A DNA stretch of 64,000 nucleotides from a bacterium (GTDB taxonomy: Bacteria; UBA8248; JACPRG01; G963555815), in assembly GCA_965261595.1 (NCBI GenBank), contig CBDHDG010000006.1:1184001-1248000 (forward strand), read 5' to 3'. This document shows, in pieces, positions 44,444 to 54,140 of this stretch (the stretch's first letter is position 1; each line of letters starts with the position of its first letter). The position numbers and the translations under genes were made by a program. Below the pieces are notes generated by a model. It had not been told where the DNA came from, did no database searches, and saw nothing but the letters and a program-made list of their open reading frames with translations.

Positions 44444-44517
44444 AATAATCAAGAAGAGAGATAAACCCCGAACCCAGGATTGGACGGGTTTCGACAACCT
44501 CAATAAGGAGAAAAACC

Positions 44518-44958
44518 ATGACGCTGGTTAAATGGGGCCCCTTCAGTGAGCTCACGAACCTTCATCGGACTGTGGACCGCGTGTTCGGCGGCCGCAATCT
44601 CCGGAGGCTGGATAGCGGCATCCATGGCGGCTTCTCCCCTTCGGTGGACGTGTACGAGACCGAAAAGGAAATCGTCGTCGAGGCCGAGGTTCCCGGCGCG
44701 ATCGAGAAGGACATCGCCGTCGAGGTGAAGGAGAACATCCTCACGATCAGCGGCGAGCGCAAGAAGGAGGGCGAGGCCAATTACGACGACTACCACCGCA
44801 TCGAGCGGACGTACGGCAAGTTCCGGCGGGCGTTCAAGATTCCCGACACCATCGAGACGGACAAGGTGAAGGCGAAGGTGAAGAACGGCGTCCTCACCAT
44901 CCGCCTGCCCAAGGCCCCCAAGGCCGTCCCCAAGAAGATCGCCGTCAGCGTGGGGTGA
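44518..44958 (+). CDS. Hsp20/alpha-crystallin small heat-shock protein
   Basis: PSVDVYE, LTISGER, ERTYGKF.R, NGVLTI.LPK; RBS AAGGAG. Confidence 0.95.
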   Translation: MTLVKWGPFSELTNLHRTVDRVFGGRNLRRLDSGIHGGFSPSVDVYETEKEIVVEAEVPGAIEKDIAVEVKENILTISGERKKEGEANYDDYHRIERTYGKFRRAFKIPDTIETDKVKAKVKNGVLTIRLPKAPKAVPKKIAVSVG

Positions 44959-44977
44959 TCCGGCGTCCGGGGTAAAT

Positions 44978-45018
44978 GAAAAGGGGGAAGACAGCCGGCC
45001 TGTCTTCCCCCTTTTTTC
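44978..45018. terminator. Rho-independent terminator (probably bidirectional)
   Basis: AAAAGGGGGAAGACAG/CTGTCTTCCCCCTTTTTT. Confidence 0.85.
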
Positions 45019-45136
45019 ATGATGACAGCGGAGCGCCGTGGGAGCGCGTATGTTGCCCTCAGCGATCCCCAGTTTTCATCGACCGTGCGGCGCGAGCGAT
45101 CGCAATAACAGGCGTTGTCAAACGTCTACCCCGAGC

Positions 45137-45164
45137 CGTCATTCCCGCGAAGGCGGGAATCCAG
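45137..45164. repeat. CGTC-type REP-like palindrome (ATTCCC-N8-GGGAAT)
   Basis: CGTCATTCCCGCGAAGGCGGGAATCCAG. Confidence 0.65.
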
Positions 45165-45364
45165 CGTTCTGCGCTGCGGGTCCATCCTACTGCCCCCGTG
45201 ATCATTGCGTTGAGAAGTATACGAAAGGGGGCAAATGGAGAAATGAGTTTGGTGTCCCCCTAATTCCCGCGGAGGAAGATAATTGGGTCTCATTTCTATC
45301 AACAAAAGACTTGACCCCTTTACCCTTACCGCGAAGGGTAAAAGGGCGAAAGGGCAAAGGGTAA

Positions 45365-47212
45365 TTAAGAAGCCTTGGCGCAACGAAAACCCAGGTGGAA
45401 GTTCCTGTAGTCCCGGCCGGCCCTGTTCCGGAAGGCAGTACGAAACCACGAGGGATTGTTGGCGCTCCACGGGCCGCCGCGAACCACGCGCCCCCTGCCG
45501 GACGCAGGACCCTCCGGGTTCCGGTTCGGGGCATTCCGGTAATAACCCTTCCCGTGCCAGTCCGATACCCACTCATATACGTTACCCGACATGTCCACTG
45601 CCCCATACGGGCTCCGGTGCGTGTTGTAATCCCGGTCCACCGGGTGTGTCTTGCCTCCGCTGTTCTTGTCCCAGATGACCTTCGAGCCGTCTCAAGCGTT
45701 CCCCCAGGGGTACTTCCGCCCATCCACGCCACGCGCCGCCTTCTCCCATTGCGCCTCCGTAGGAAGGTGCTTGCCCACGGACTTACAGTAATCCCGTGCC
45801 TGGAACCAAGTCACGCCAACCACCGGCTGCCGGGCGCCGTTGAATTTTGAGCCGTAATCTCTCTTCGGCTTTCCGAACCTCCGAAACCGGGCGTTCGTCA
45901 CCGGGTACTTGTCCATGTAAAACGCGTCCAGATACACACGGCGCCGGGGCCTCTCGTCGGAAGAGCCGTCGTTGCTCCCCCTAATGAATGAACCGGCAGG
46001 AACCAGGATCATCGTTTCCAGCCCGCTGCCGATCCGGTGCGGAATGCCGGGGCCAACGGCGACGCGGGGGCGGTCGGACTCGCGGGGTGACGGGCGGGGA
46101 CGGGGACCCGCCCCTACATCTTTTTTCAAGGCCGCGAGACGCCTTTTCTCTTCTTCGATTCGCCTGCGCTCCGCCTCCAGTCGCTTTCGCTCGGCATCAA
46201 TTCAGGCCTTCTCCGCCGCGAGGCGCTCGCGCTCCAAACCGGCCTTCTCGACTTCGAGCTTCCTGCGCTCCTCCGCCAGCCGGGCGCGCTCCTTCACCAG
46301 GTCAAATGCCGGCTTCTCCGTCGGGAGGAGGAAAACAAACTGCCCGTCCCCCGAGAGGTTCCCGAACTGGGGATACTGCTGCCTGCCCGATTCGGCGTAC
46401 GCCCGGTCGCGGACGTACTCGCCCAGATGCTCCAGAGACAGCCAGCCCCATCCCCTCCGGTCAGCGGAACCCTGAAGGCCCTTCAAGAGGACCCGGGTGA
46501 ACAGACCGTTCCCCTCCCGTTCCTGGGCGACCTCGCCCGCGCGGCCGGCGGTGATCACCTGGACGGCGGGACGGGATGTCAGGTCGGTCACGAGCTCGGG
46601 GTTCAGGAGTTTCTTGGTCCGGAAAATCGCGTAGCCCGAGTAGCAGGCGTCCACGGCGAACAGGACATGCTGCGCCCTCATCCGCTTTGCGATAACGGTG
46701 AGCTGGCTCATGGAGATCGCCGTCGAAAAGAGGTTCTTGGGATCGGCGTCGTAGGGGATGAGATAGCCTTCTTTCTCTTCGTCCTTGCCGTGGCCCGAGA
46801 AGAAGACGAACACGCGGTCCCCCGGCGAGACGCGCCGCCGTATCTCATCGCCCAGGAGACGCTCGATGTTCCGCTTGGTGGCCTGCCGGTCGAACAGCGT
46901 GAGGATCTGGCTCTTCGGAAACCCCAGGCGGGGAAGGGCGTCTCGGAGGTCCTCCGCGTCTTTGCGGGCGTAACGCAGCGTGGGGATGCTGGGGTGCTGG
47001 TAGCGGTTGACGCCGATGACGACGGCCCAGGAGTTCGAGTAGAGCCGCTTGCCCTTGTAAACGGGAGCGGGTTGGACGGTGATGGATTTGGACGTCTGGG
47101 CGAACCCGGCCGAAGCAACCAGGAAAACCCCTGGAATCAAAAGAACCAGTAGAATGAAAAGAATCGCCGGAATAAAAAAACCAAGCCCCGCCCGAACGCC
47201 TTCATGCCCCAC
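45365..47212 (-). pseudogene. Caspase-like (peptidase C14) + coiled coil + FGE-sulfatase (SUMF1) domain protein with two in-frame TGA codons
   Basis: FSGHG and DACYSG dyad; LPTEAQWEKAARG, DMSGNVYEW, RGG.W, GFRCA; the three ORF pieces share one frame, with stops at 46202-46204 and 45692-45694. Confidence 0.85.
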
Positions 47213-47311
47213 CCCCTGCCGGCCAACCCCGGCATGTCGGATTAGACAGATGAAATGTTAATGAAGTTCGGGGGAAACGTAAAGACGCCGGCGGCAGGAT
47301 ACAATCCTTGA

Positions 47312-47459
47312 TTCAAAGGAGTGTGCCACTGGCAGCTTGCCTGCCGGCGCCGCCTTTCAAGATCGTCTATTGATTCGGAAACCTCCGCATCGCTCAAATT
47401 GGACCAGAAATTAAATGGAGCCACTGGCGGACCAGCCGCCAGTGGCACACTTTCTTGAA
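47312..47459. repeat. REPIN/MITE-like inverted doublet of GTGTGCCACTGGC hairpins
   Basis: TTCAAAGGAGTGTGCCACTGGCAGCT versus reverse complement TTCAAGAAAGTGTGCCACTGGCGGCT. Confidence 0.6.
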
Positions 47460-47542
47460 ATGCGAGTCGCCTTTCCTCCATCCAACCGTCACCGCGCTTC
47501 AAGGAAGGGCGGAGTCGGGCGAACCGCACCCAGGCCAAAATC

Positions 47543-49927
47543 TCAGCCGGGCGGCTCGGCCTTCGCCAATTCGACGCGGCAGTCGTTGAAGGCGGCGGAC
47601 TCGGAGTAGCCGGTCACGCGGTCGGGCGTGAGGAGGTTCGCGGCCCCCAGCTCGGGCGAGCCGCCCGAATAGACCCGGACCGTCCCCGGGCGGGCGTCCT
47701 CGGTGACCCGGACTTCGATCCGCGTCTCCCCCCGATCGTTGAACAGCCGCACCCGGTCCCCGTCCCGGACGCCCCGGGGCGCGGCGTCGTCCGGATGGAC
47801 CCACGCGCGGTTGTACCCCAGCCGCAAGAGTTTCGGATGGTCGGCGAACGTGGAGTGCGCGCGGAAGATCGACTTGGGCGACACCAGGGTCAGGGGATAT
47901 TCGGGGCCGCCGGCCGCGCTTGCCCCCTGGACCGCCGGGGGGGCGGCTTCGCCGTCATCCGGCCACTCGGGCAGCGGGCTCGCGCCGCGAGAGAGGAGCG
48001 CCTCGCTGTACACCTCGATGCGCCCCGAGGGCGTGTCCAAATCCCAGGTGTCCTCGAGCGGCGGCATGTCCAGGTCCACCACGCCTTCGCGCTCCAGGCG
48101 CTCCATCGTCACATCCCGCATCCAGGGGAAGCGCGGGTCACGCCGGGCCAGGCCGACGACCTCCTCTATCCATTCGTCGGACGTCCTCCAGGGGAACTCC
48201 GCCCCGAACCCCATCCGCCGCGCCAGGTCGCAGATGATCTCGAAATCGTCCCGGCTCTCGCCCAACGGCTCGACCGCGCGGCGGGAGAAGAAAAGCTGAC
48301 GCTTGGGATTCAGGTGGAGAAGGTCCTGGATGTGCGTGGGCGCGACCTCCCCGCCCTCGACGATAGCCGTCCGCTCCATGAGGGTGGAGACCGGAAGGAA
48401 GACGTCCGCATACCGGGCGGTGGGCGTCATGAACAGGTCCGACACGGCGACGAAATCCAGGGCCTTCAGGGCGCGGATGGTCTTCCCGGCGTCCGGGTTC
48501 TGGCTGACCGGATTTCCCCACATCACCAGGAGGGCGCGCAGGTCCGTCCCATAGGCCTCGGGATTCAGGACGGCTTCCGCGAGGCGGTTGACCGGGAATC
48601 GGTCCTTGACAGGGTTGGGGACGACATAGCGCATCGCCGCGTCCGAGATCCCCAGGGTGTAGAACCGCCTGAGCCCGACGGGGTCCTCGGCGCGGGTGAG
48701 GGGCCTTTCGCGCCCCGGGGCCGCCATCCCGCGAATCCGGCCGGTGACGACGTTGAGGAGGGCGGTGGCCTGCACCGCGCCCTCTCCCCCCCGGTTCCGC
48801 TGGTATCCGCCCTGGCTGACCTTGACCTTGGCCTGCCGGGATTTTCCCAAAAGGGCGGCCACCCGCCGAATCGCGTCGGCCGGAACGCCGCAGACCGGTG
48901 CCGCGCGCCCCGCCGGCCAGGCCGCCGCCGTCTCGCGCAGCCTGAGATAAGCCGTGCGGGCGCAAATCCCGCCGGCGGAGACGGAGGCCGTCAGTGAAAC
49001 CCCCGCGTCCCCCGGCGCGTCCGCCCCGCCACCACCATCTCCCATCCCCGGCGAGACCGGATGAAGGACGCCATCCGCGTCGCTCACGAGACAGGCGTCC
49101 GATCCGCCCGAGGCGACGTCCCTTTCACGCAGGAAATTCCCCGTGTCCTCGCGAACCAACAACGGCGCGTTGGTGCGCCGCTTCAGGAAAGACTCATCCA
49201 CCCAGCCGTTGATGAAGATCTCGTTCAGCAGGGAGAGGGCCAGCGGGATGTCCGTTCCCGGCCGGATGGGCAGGTGATGGTCCGCCAGGCGTTGAACGGA
49301 CAGGGTGCGCACCGGGTCCACGAAGATGAGCTTCGTCCCCTTCCACCTGGCCCGTTTCAGGGACTGGGCCGGTCCCCGGACGCCCGTCTCCAGCGGGTTA
49401 TAACCCCAGATGACGACGGCGTCGCACTCCTCGTCCGGAGGAAGGGAGACGTGCCACGACCCGTAAAGCGCGGCGGAGGCCTGGACGTAGGCCCCCCAAC
49501 AGAGGTCCCCCCTCTCAATGGCGGGGACGAACCCTCCCCAGCGATTCAACAGGGCGTGGATCGTGAACTTCGCCCCCTTCACCCCGCCCGGCATGCTGTG
49601 CTGGCCGACGTAGTTGTAGAGCGCGACGGACCGGTTGCCGGAGCGGGCCTTGGCCCTTTCCAATCCTTCGGCCACCAGATCGAGGGCCGCCTCCCAGGAG
49701 ACGCGCTCCCAGTCGCCGGCGCCGCGGGCGCCGACCCGCTTCATGGGATAGAGGATCCGGTCCGGGTGGTTCAGCCGATCGATAAGTTGGAAGCCCTTGA
49801 TGCAGGGCGGGAACCTCAGATGGGGATGGGCCTTGAGCCCGACCGGATTGCCGTCGCGAACCTGGACCTGCAGGGCGCAGGGGTGGTTCCCGCAGTGGGG
49901 GGCGCAAAGTGTATTGCGAAGCTCCAT
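47543..49927 (-). CDS. Molybdopterin (Mo-bisPGD, DMSO reductase family) oxidoreductase
   Basis: N-terminal C.3C.4C...C Fe-S motif, HPDRILYPMKRVG, D.FMTPTARYAD..LP, C-terminal dinucleotide-binding domain; no Tat signal. Confidence 0.9.
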   Translation of the reverse strand: MELRNTLCAPHCGNHPCALQVQVRDGNPVGLKAHPHLRFPPCIKGFQLIDRLNHPDRILYPMKRVGARGAGDWERVSWEAALDLVAEGLERAKARSGNRSVALYNYVGQHSMPGGVKGAKFTIHALLNRWGGFVPAIERGDLCWGAYVQASAALYGSWHVSLPPDEECDAVVIWGYNPLETGVRGPAQSLKRARWKGTKLIFVDPVRTLSVQRLADHHLPIRPGTDIPLALSLLNEIFINGWVDESFLKRRTNAPLLVREDTGNFLRERDVASGGSDACLVSDADGVLHPVSPGMGDGGGGADAPGDAGVSLTASVSAGGICARTAYLRLRETAAAWPAGRAAPVCGVPADAIRRVAALLGKSRQAKVKVSQGGYQRNRGGEGAVQATALLNVVTGRIRGMAAPGRERPLTRAEDPVGLRRFYTLGISDAAMRYVVPNPVKDRFPVNRLAEAVLNPEAYGTDLRALLVMWGNPVSQNPDAGKTIRALKALDFVAVSDLFMTPTARYADVFLPVSTLMERTAIVEGGEVAPTHIQDLLHLNPKRQLFFSRRAVEPLGESRDDFEIICDLARRMGFGAEFPWRTSDEWIEEVVGLARRDPRFPWMRDVTMERLEREGVVDLDMPPLEDTWDLDTPSGRIEVYSEALLSRGASPLPEWPDDGEAAPPAVQGASAAGGPEYPLTLVSPKSIFRAHSTFADHPKLLRLGYNRAWVHPDDAAPRGVRDGDRVRLFNDRGETRIEVRVTEDARPGTVRVYSGGSPELGAANLLTPDRVTGYSESAAFNDCRVELAKAEPPG

Positions 49928-50168
49928 CGGCGTTCGCCCGCTCTCCCTTCCGCATCCCGGCTCGGGCCGGGCCGGCCGGCCTTGCCGGCTCCTCACGGCC
50001 GCGAAGGCCGCAGTCACGCTTGATGTGTTGATTCTACCGCAGTGGGCAGCGTCCGTCTCGACCGATCATGATCCGCGTCATGTTCACTGTGGCTCTCGGG
50101 GACTAGGCTTGCAACATGCGAACCGAATTCCGATTCACCGGCGTCCCACAGAATCATGGACCGGGTTG

Positions 50169-50942
50169 ATGGACTGGTTTGTGGGGTTGGGACCCATCGG
50201 GCAGGCGTTTATCGCCACACTCGGCACATATCTTTTAACGGTCGTCGGGACCTTGCCCGTCCTGTTCTTCCGGACCGCCCCGCGGCGGCTGATGGATGGC
50301 CTGATGGGGGCCGCCGGGGGCATCATGGTCGCCGCCTGCTCGTGGTCGCTCCTGGAGCCCGCCATCGAGATCGGGGGCGTCGCGCCCGCCGTGATCGGCC
50401 TGCTCCTCGGGGCGGCCGTCCTCTACGGGATCGATCAGGCGCTCCCCCACCTTCACCCGGAGTTTCCCGACGAGGCCGCACGTGAAGGACCGAAGGTCCC
50501 CTGGCGCCGCTCGGCCCTGCTGATGCTCGCCATCACCATCCACAACTTCCCCGAGGGCATGGCCGTCGGCGTCGGCTACGCCGGCGCGGACATCGGCGCG
50601 GCCACGGCGCTCGCCGTCGGGATCGGCCTTCAGAACATCCTGGAGGGTTTGGCGATCGCGCTGCCGCTGCGGCGCGACGGCATGAACCGGTGGAAGGCGT
50701 TCTTTTTCGGCCAGCTGTCCGCCGTCGTCGAGCCCGTCGCCGGAGTCTTGGGGGCGGCGCTGGCGCTTCTCTCGATCGCCTTCCTCCCCTACGCCATGTC
50801 CGCCGCCGCGGGCGCGATGCTCTACGTGGTGGTGGAAGAGTTGATCCCGGAAACCGTGCGCAGCGGCAATATCGACGTGGCCACGCTCGGTTTCATCGCC
50901 GGGTTCACCGTCATGATGGCGATGGACAACGCCTTCGGATAA
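50169..50942 (+). CDS. ZIP-family metal transporter
   Basis: AITIHNFPEGMAVG, IGLQNI.EG, VVEELIPE. Confidence 0.92.
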   Translation: MDWFVGLGPIGQAFIATLGTYLLTVVGTLPVLFFRTAPRRLMDGLMGAAGGIMVAACSWSLLEPAIEIGGVAPAVIGLLLGAAVLYGIDQALPHLHPEFPDEAAREGPKVPWRRSALLMLAITIHNFPEGMAVGVGYAGADIGAATALAVGIGLQNILEGLAIALPLRRDGMNRWKAFFFGQLSAVVEPVAGVLGAALALLSIAFLPYAMSAAAGAMLYVVVEELIPETVRSGNIDVATLGFIAGFTVMMAMDNAFG

Positions 50943-50999
50943 CGGCGCGATGAAGCCGGCCCGCCGTTCTTTCCCCGGGCGTTCCGCTATAATCCCCGC

Positions 51000-51872
51000 A
51001 TGCTTGAATGGACCTTCATCGCCGAGACCTCGGCCCTGCTGTCCACGTTCTTCTTCGGCGTGCGGAACATCTTCATCCGAAAGGCGCTGCCGTACACGAC
51101 CTCCCTGGTCAGCAGCCTGGCGGTGACAGCGTTCACGGTTCTGTTTTTCATTCCCTGGACGTGGATACAGTGGCCGGGTCTTCCAATCACCTGGCTGGGC
51201 CTTTTGTGGCTGATCCTGGCGGGTGTGAGCGCCCCCGGCCTCGCCCTGCTTTTCTACTTCTCGAGCGTGAGCCGAATCGGCGTGGCCCGGTCCACCCCCT
51301 TGGCCAGCGTTCAACCCTTCGTCTCTTTGATCATCGCCGTCCTCTTTTTGGGAGAACGGCCCGATTTCCCCGTGTACATCGGGACCTTCCTTGTGGTCGG
51401 CGGGATAGCCATCGTCACCGGTGAAAAAGAGGAGTTTCGGTGGACGGCGCGGGAGATCGCCCTGCCCCTCCTTGCGGCGACCTTCTGGGGACTGTCGTCG
51501 ATCTTCCGGAAATTGGGGATGAGCGCGATTCCCTGGCCGACCTTCGGCGCGTTGATCATGTCCGCGGCCGGATTAGCAACACACCTTTGCGCCTACAGGA
51601 TTTTCGCCGGGCGGGCCGAACGATCCACGCAGGCGCGCGCGGCGCCTCTTCTGCTGGCCGCCGGGGCCTCCCTCGCCGTGGGCTTTTATCTGAACCTGTT
51701 CGCCTTCATGCGGGGGACCGTCGCGACCATCGGACCCTTGGGCAGCACGTCGCCGATCATGACGCTCCTCCTCGCGGCGATCTTCCTGAGAAGGCTCGAG
51801 AAGGTGACTTGGCGATTGATGATCTGCACTGCGGTCATCGTCGTCGGGTGCGTGCTGATCACCGCGTACTGA
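51000..51872 (+). CDS. DMT/EamA-family transporter
   Basis: About 10 TM helices, two EamA repeats (LFLGE, IFL..LE). Confidence 0.85.
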   Translation: MLEWTFIAETSALLSTFFFGVRNIFIRKALPYTTSLVSSLAVTAFTVLFFIPWTWIQWPGLPITWLGLLWLILAGVSAPGLALLFYFSSVSRIGVARSTPLASVQPFVSLIIAVLFLGERPDFPVYIGTFLVVGGIAIVTGEKEEFRWTAREIALPLLAATFWGLSSIFRKLGMSAIPWPTFGALIMSAAGLATHLCAYRIFAGRAERSTQARAAPLLLAAGASLAVGFYLNLFAFMRGTVATIGPLGSTSPIMTLLLAAIFLRRLEKVTWRLMICTAVIVVGCVLITAY

Positions 51873-51960
51873 CACCGGGACGGCCCGGCGGAGAAACCGA
51901 TGTAAGATGGACCGGCGGGGGGCTCGCGTTTTCCCCCCCCGCTTTCAAGGAGACTCCACG

Positions 51961-53136
51961 ATGATCAAGGCCACGAAGGAGATGGTCCTCGCGACAACGA
52001 TCACCGGGTCCCTGCCGCGTCCGGGCTGGTACACGGCCAACCTGGTGGGCAGGCCCTTCCGGCTGGCCATGGCCGACAGCGTTTTCCGCGAGCAGTACAA
52101 CGACGCCGTCTCCTGCTTCCTCCGGGACCAGGAGCGGGCGGGACTCGACATCCTGACGGACGGGGACTGCCGGTTCGACACCGACGTGGGCGGGCGCTCG
52201 TGGGTGACCTATCCCGCCCAGCGCATCCGCGGCATGACGGCCTACGATCACACCACCCGGCACACAAATTGGGGCGGGACGGCGCCCGGGGAGCTGCTCT
52301 ACGAGCTTCTCGAGGCCCGGATGCTGCCCATCGTGACCGACAAGGTCGGCCGGGGGCCGCTGGAATACGGACCGCTCTGGAAGACCGCCCAGAAGATGAC
52401 GCGCAAGCCGGTCAAGTTCGGCGCCATCACGGCGGAATGCATCGAGTCCACCTGCGGGAACGAGTATTACAAAGACCGCAAAGAGCTGATCATGGACCTG
52501 GCGGCTGTCATCAACGAAGAGGTCCTGGATCTGGCCAAGAGCGGCTGCCCCGTCGTTCAGATGGAAGAGCCCTGGGTCCACCGGGTCGAGCATCACGAAG
52601 ACGATAAAGGAATCGGGATCGACTTCTACGTCGAGGCTTTCAACCGCTCCGTCCGGGGGCTGGGGGACCTGACCGAGGTCTGGTGCCACACGTGCTGGGG
52701 AAGCCCGGGAGCCCAGCGGTTCTACGACGAAGGGACGCAGACCTACGCCCGCTCCCTGGAGAAGCTGAACGAGCTCGACGCCGACGTGATCACCTTCGAG
52801 TGCGCCGGCTCGCCCGAGTGGGAGTTCGAGGAGATCGGCCGGGCGATCGCCGAGAAGAAAATCGCCCTCGGCGTCGTGAATCACCGGCTCCTTCAGGTCG
52901 AGACGCCCGAAAAGGTCGCCCGCATGGTGCGCGAGGCCCTGAAGCACATCCCGCCCGAGCGGCTGATCCTGTCGTCGGGTTGCGGATTCGGCCGGGAGGG
53001 GATGAGCCGCCGCCACGCCTTCTACAAGATGGCGGCGATTGTCCGGGGGGGCAACATCGTGCGGAAAGAGCTCGGGATACCGGAGGCCGACTGCGTGGCC
53101 GAAGACCCCCGGTTCAATCTCGTTGACGCGGAATAA
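51961..53136 (+). CDS. Cobalamin-independent methionine synthase II-like (MetE C-domain) protein
   Basis: GSLPRP, DQ.RAGLDI.TDG, Zn ligands HTCWG / E / GCGF. Confidence 0.88.
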   Translation: MIKATKEMVLATTITGSLPRPGWYTANLVGRPFRLAMADSVFREQYNDAVSCFLRDQERAGLDILTDGDCRFDTDVGGRSWVTYPAQRIRGMTAYDHTTRHTNWGGTAPGELLYELLEARMLPIVTDKVGRGPLEYGPLWKTAQKMTRKPVKFGAITAECIESTCGNEYYKDRKELIMDLAAVINEEVLDLAKSGCPVVQMEEPWVHRVEHHEDDKGIGIDFYVEAFNRSVRGLGDLTEVWCHTCWGSPGAQRFYDEGTQTYARSLEKLNELDADVITFECAGSPEWEFEEIGRAIAEKKIALGVVNHRLLQVETPEKVARMVREALKHIPPERLILSSGCGFGREGMSRRHAFYKMAAIVRGGNIVRKELGIPEADCVAEDPRFNLVDAE

Positions 53137-53181
53137 AATCTTCGCGCGCTGAGGAGATCGCCGACCGGAAATTCGCGCATC

Positions 53182-53279
53182 GGGGCGGGTGCAGAGCCCC
53201 GCCCCTACACCGATTCAGAAGGTAGGGGCTCTGAAATGTAGGGGCGGGGCGAGAGTCGGGTGACTCCTATACCCGCCCC
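53182..53279. repeat. Cluster of GTAG-family REP-like palindromes between convergent genes
   Basis: Minus-strand GTAGGGGCGGGGCTCTGCACCCGCCCC (two mismatches to the unit at 28376); further GTAGGGGC units at 53222 and 53238. Confidence 0.75.
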
Positions 53280-53287
53280 CCTCAAGG

Positions 53288-54046
53288 TCAGGTGAAGACA
53301 ACCCCCCCGTCCACGATGATGAGCTGGCCGGTCATGAAATCGCCGGCGGGCGAGGCGAGGTAGACGATCGTCCCCTGGACGTCTTCGGGGTATTCGGAGC
53401 GCTTGAGGCAGCGGGTGGCGTGGGAGCGCTCCTCGGCCTTCCCGACGAAATCCCCCATCTCCAAGACCTTCTCGCTCAACGTAAAACCCGGGGCCAGCGT
53501 GTTGACGGTGATCCCGTACTCCCCCACTTCCCGGGCCAGGGCGCGCGTGAGGCCGTGGACGGCCCCCTTGGAGGTCACGTAATGCAGGAAGCCGGTAATC
53601 CCGCACTCGGCGGTGGGTGAGCCGATGTTGATTATCTTCCCGGCCCCCTGCGCCTTCATGTGGGGGAAAACCGCCCGGCAGAGCAGGAAGATTCCTTTGA
53701 CGTTGACGCCCAGGACCCGGTCCCACTCCTCCGGGGTCTGCTCCCAGAAGGGCTTGTATTCGAGGTCGGCCCAGAGGGCGGCGTTGTTGATCAGAACGTC
53801 CACGCCGCCATACGCCTCCACCACATCCTGAACCAGCTTCCCGACGGAAGCCTCGTCGGAAACATCTACGTGGAAGGCCCGCCCTTCTCCTCCGGCGGCC
53901 GTGATTTCCGCCGCCGCGGGGCCCGCGTCGAGGATGTCGGCCAACGCCACGCGCGCGCCCTCTCCGGCCAGGGTCTTCGCGTACGCCTTCCCGATGCCGC
54001 GGCCGGCCCCCGTAACGAGAATGCGTCTTCCGTCAAGCCCTCCCAT
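53288..54046 (-). CDS. Short-chain dehydrogenase/reductase
   Basis: TGAGRGIG, NNA, YVTSK. Confidence 0.93.
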   Translation of the reverse strand: MGGLDGRRILVTGAGRGIGKAYAKTLAGEGARVALADILDAGPAAAEITAAGGEGRAFHVDVSDEASVGKLVQDVVEAYGGVDVLINNAALWADLEYKPFWEQTPEEWDRVLGVNVKGIFLLCRAVFPHMKAQGAGKIINIGSPTAECGITGFLHYVTSKGAVHGLTRALAREVGEYGITVNTLAPGFTLSEKVLEMGDFVGKAEERSHATRCLKRSEYPEDVQGTIVYLASPAGDFMTGQLIIVDGGVVFT

Positions 54047-54140
54047 ATCGTCCCCCCTCCCTCCCTACCCGGCGAAATGACCCGCGCCCGATTCAGGTGT
54101 GATGGATGGATCCGGCTTCGGCCGTCCGCCGCCGAACCCC

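Noticed and set aside
45692..46204. Selenocysteine or genome-wide TGA recoding
   Set aside because: The contexts imply Arg and Trp rather than Cys, and TGA is a normal stop for many intact genes in the window.
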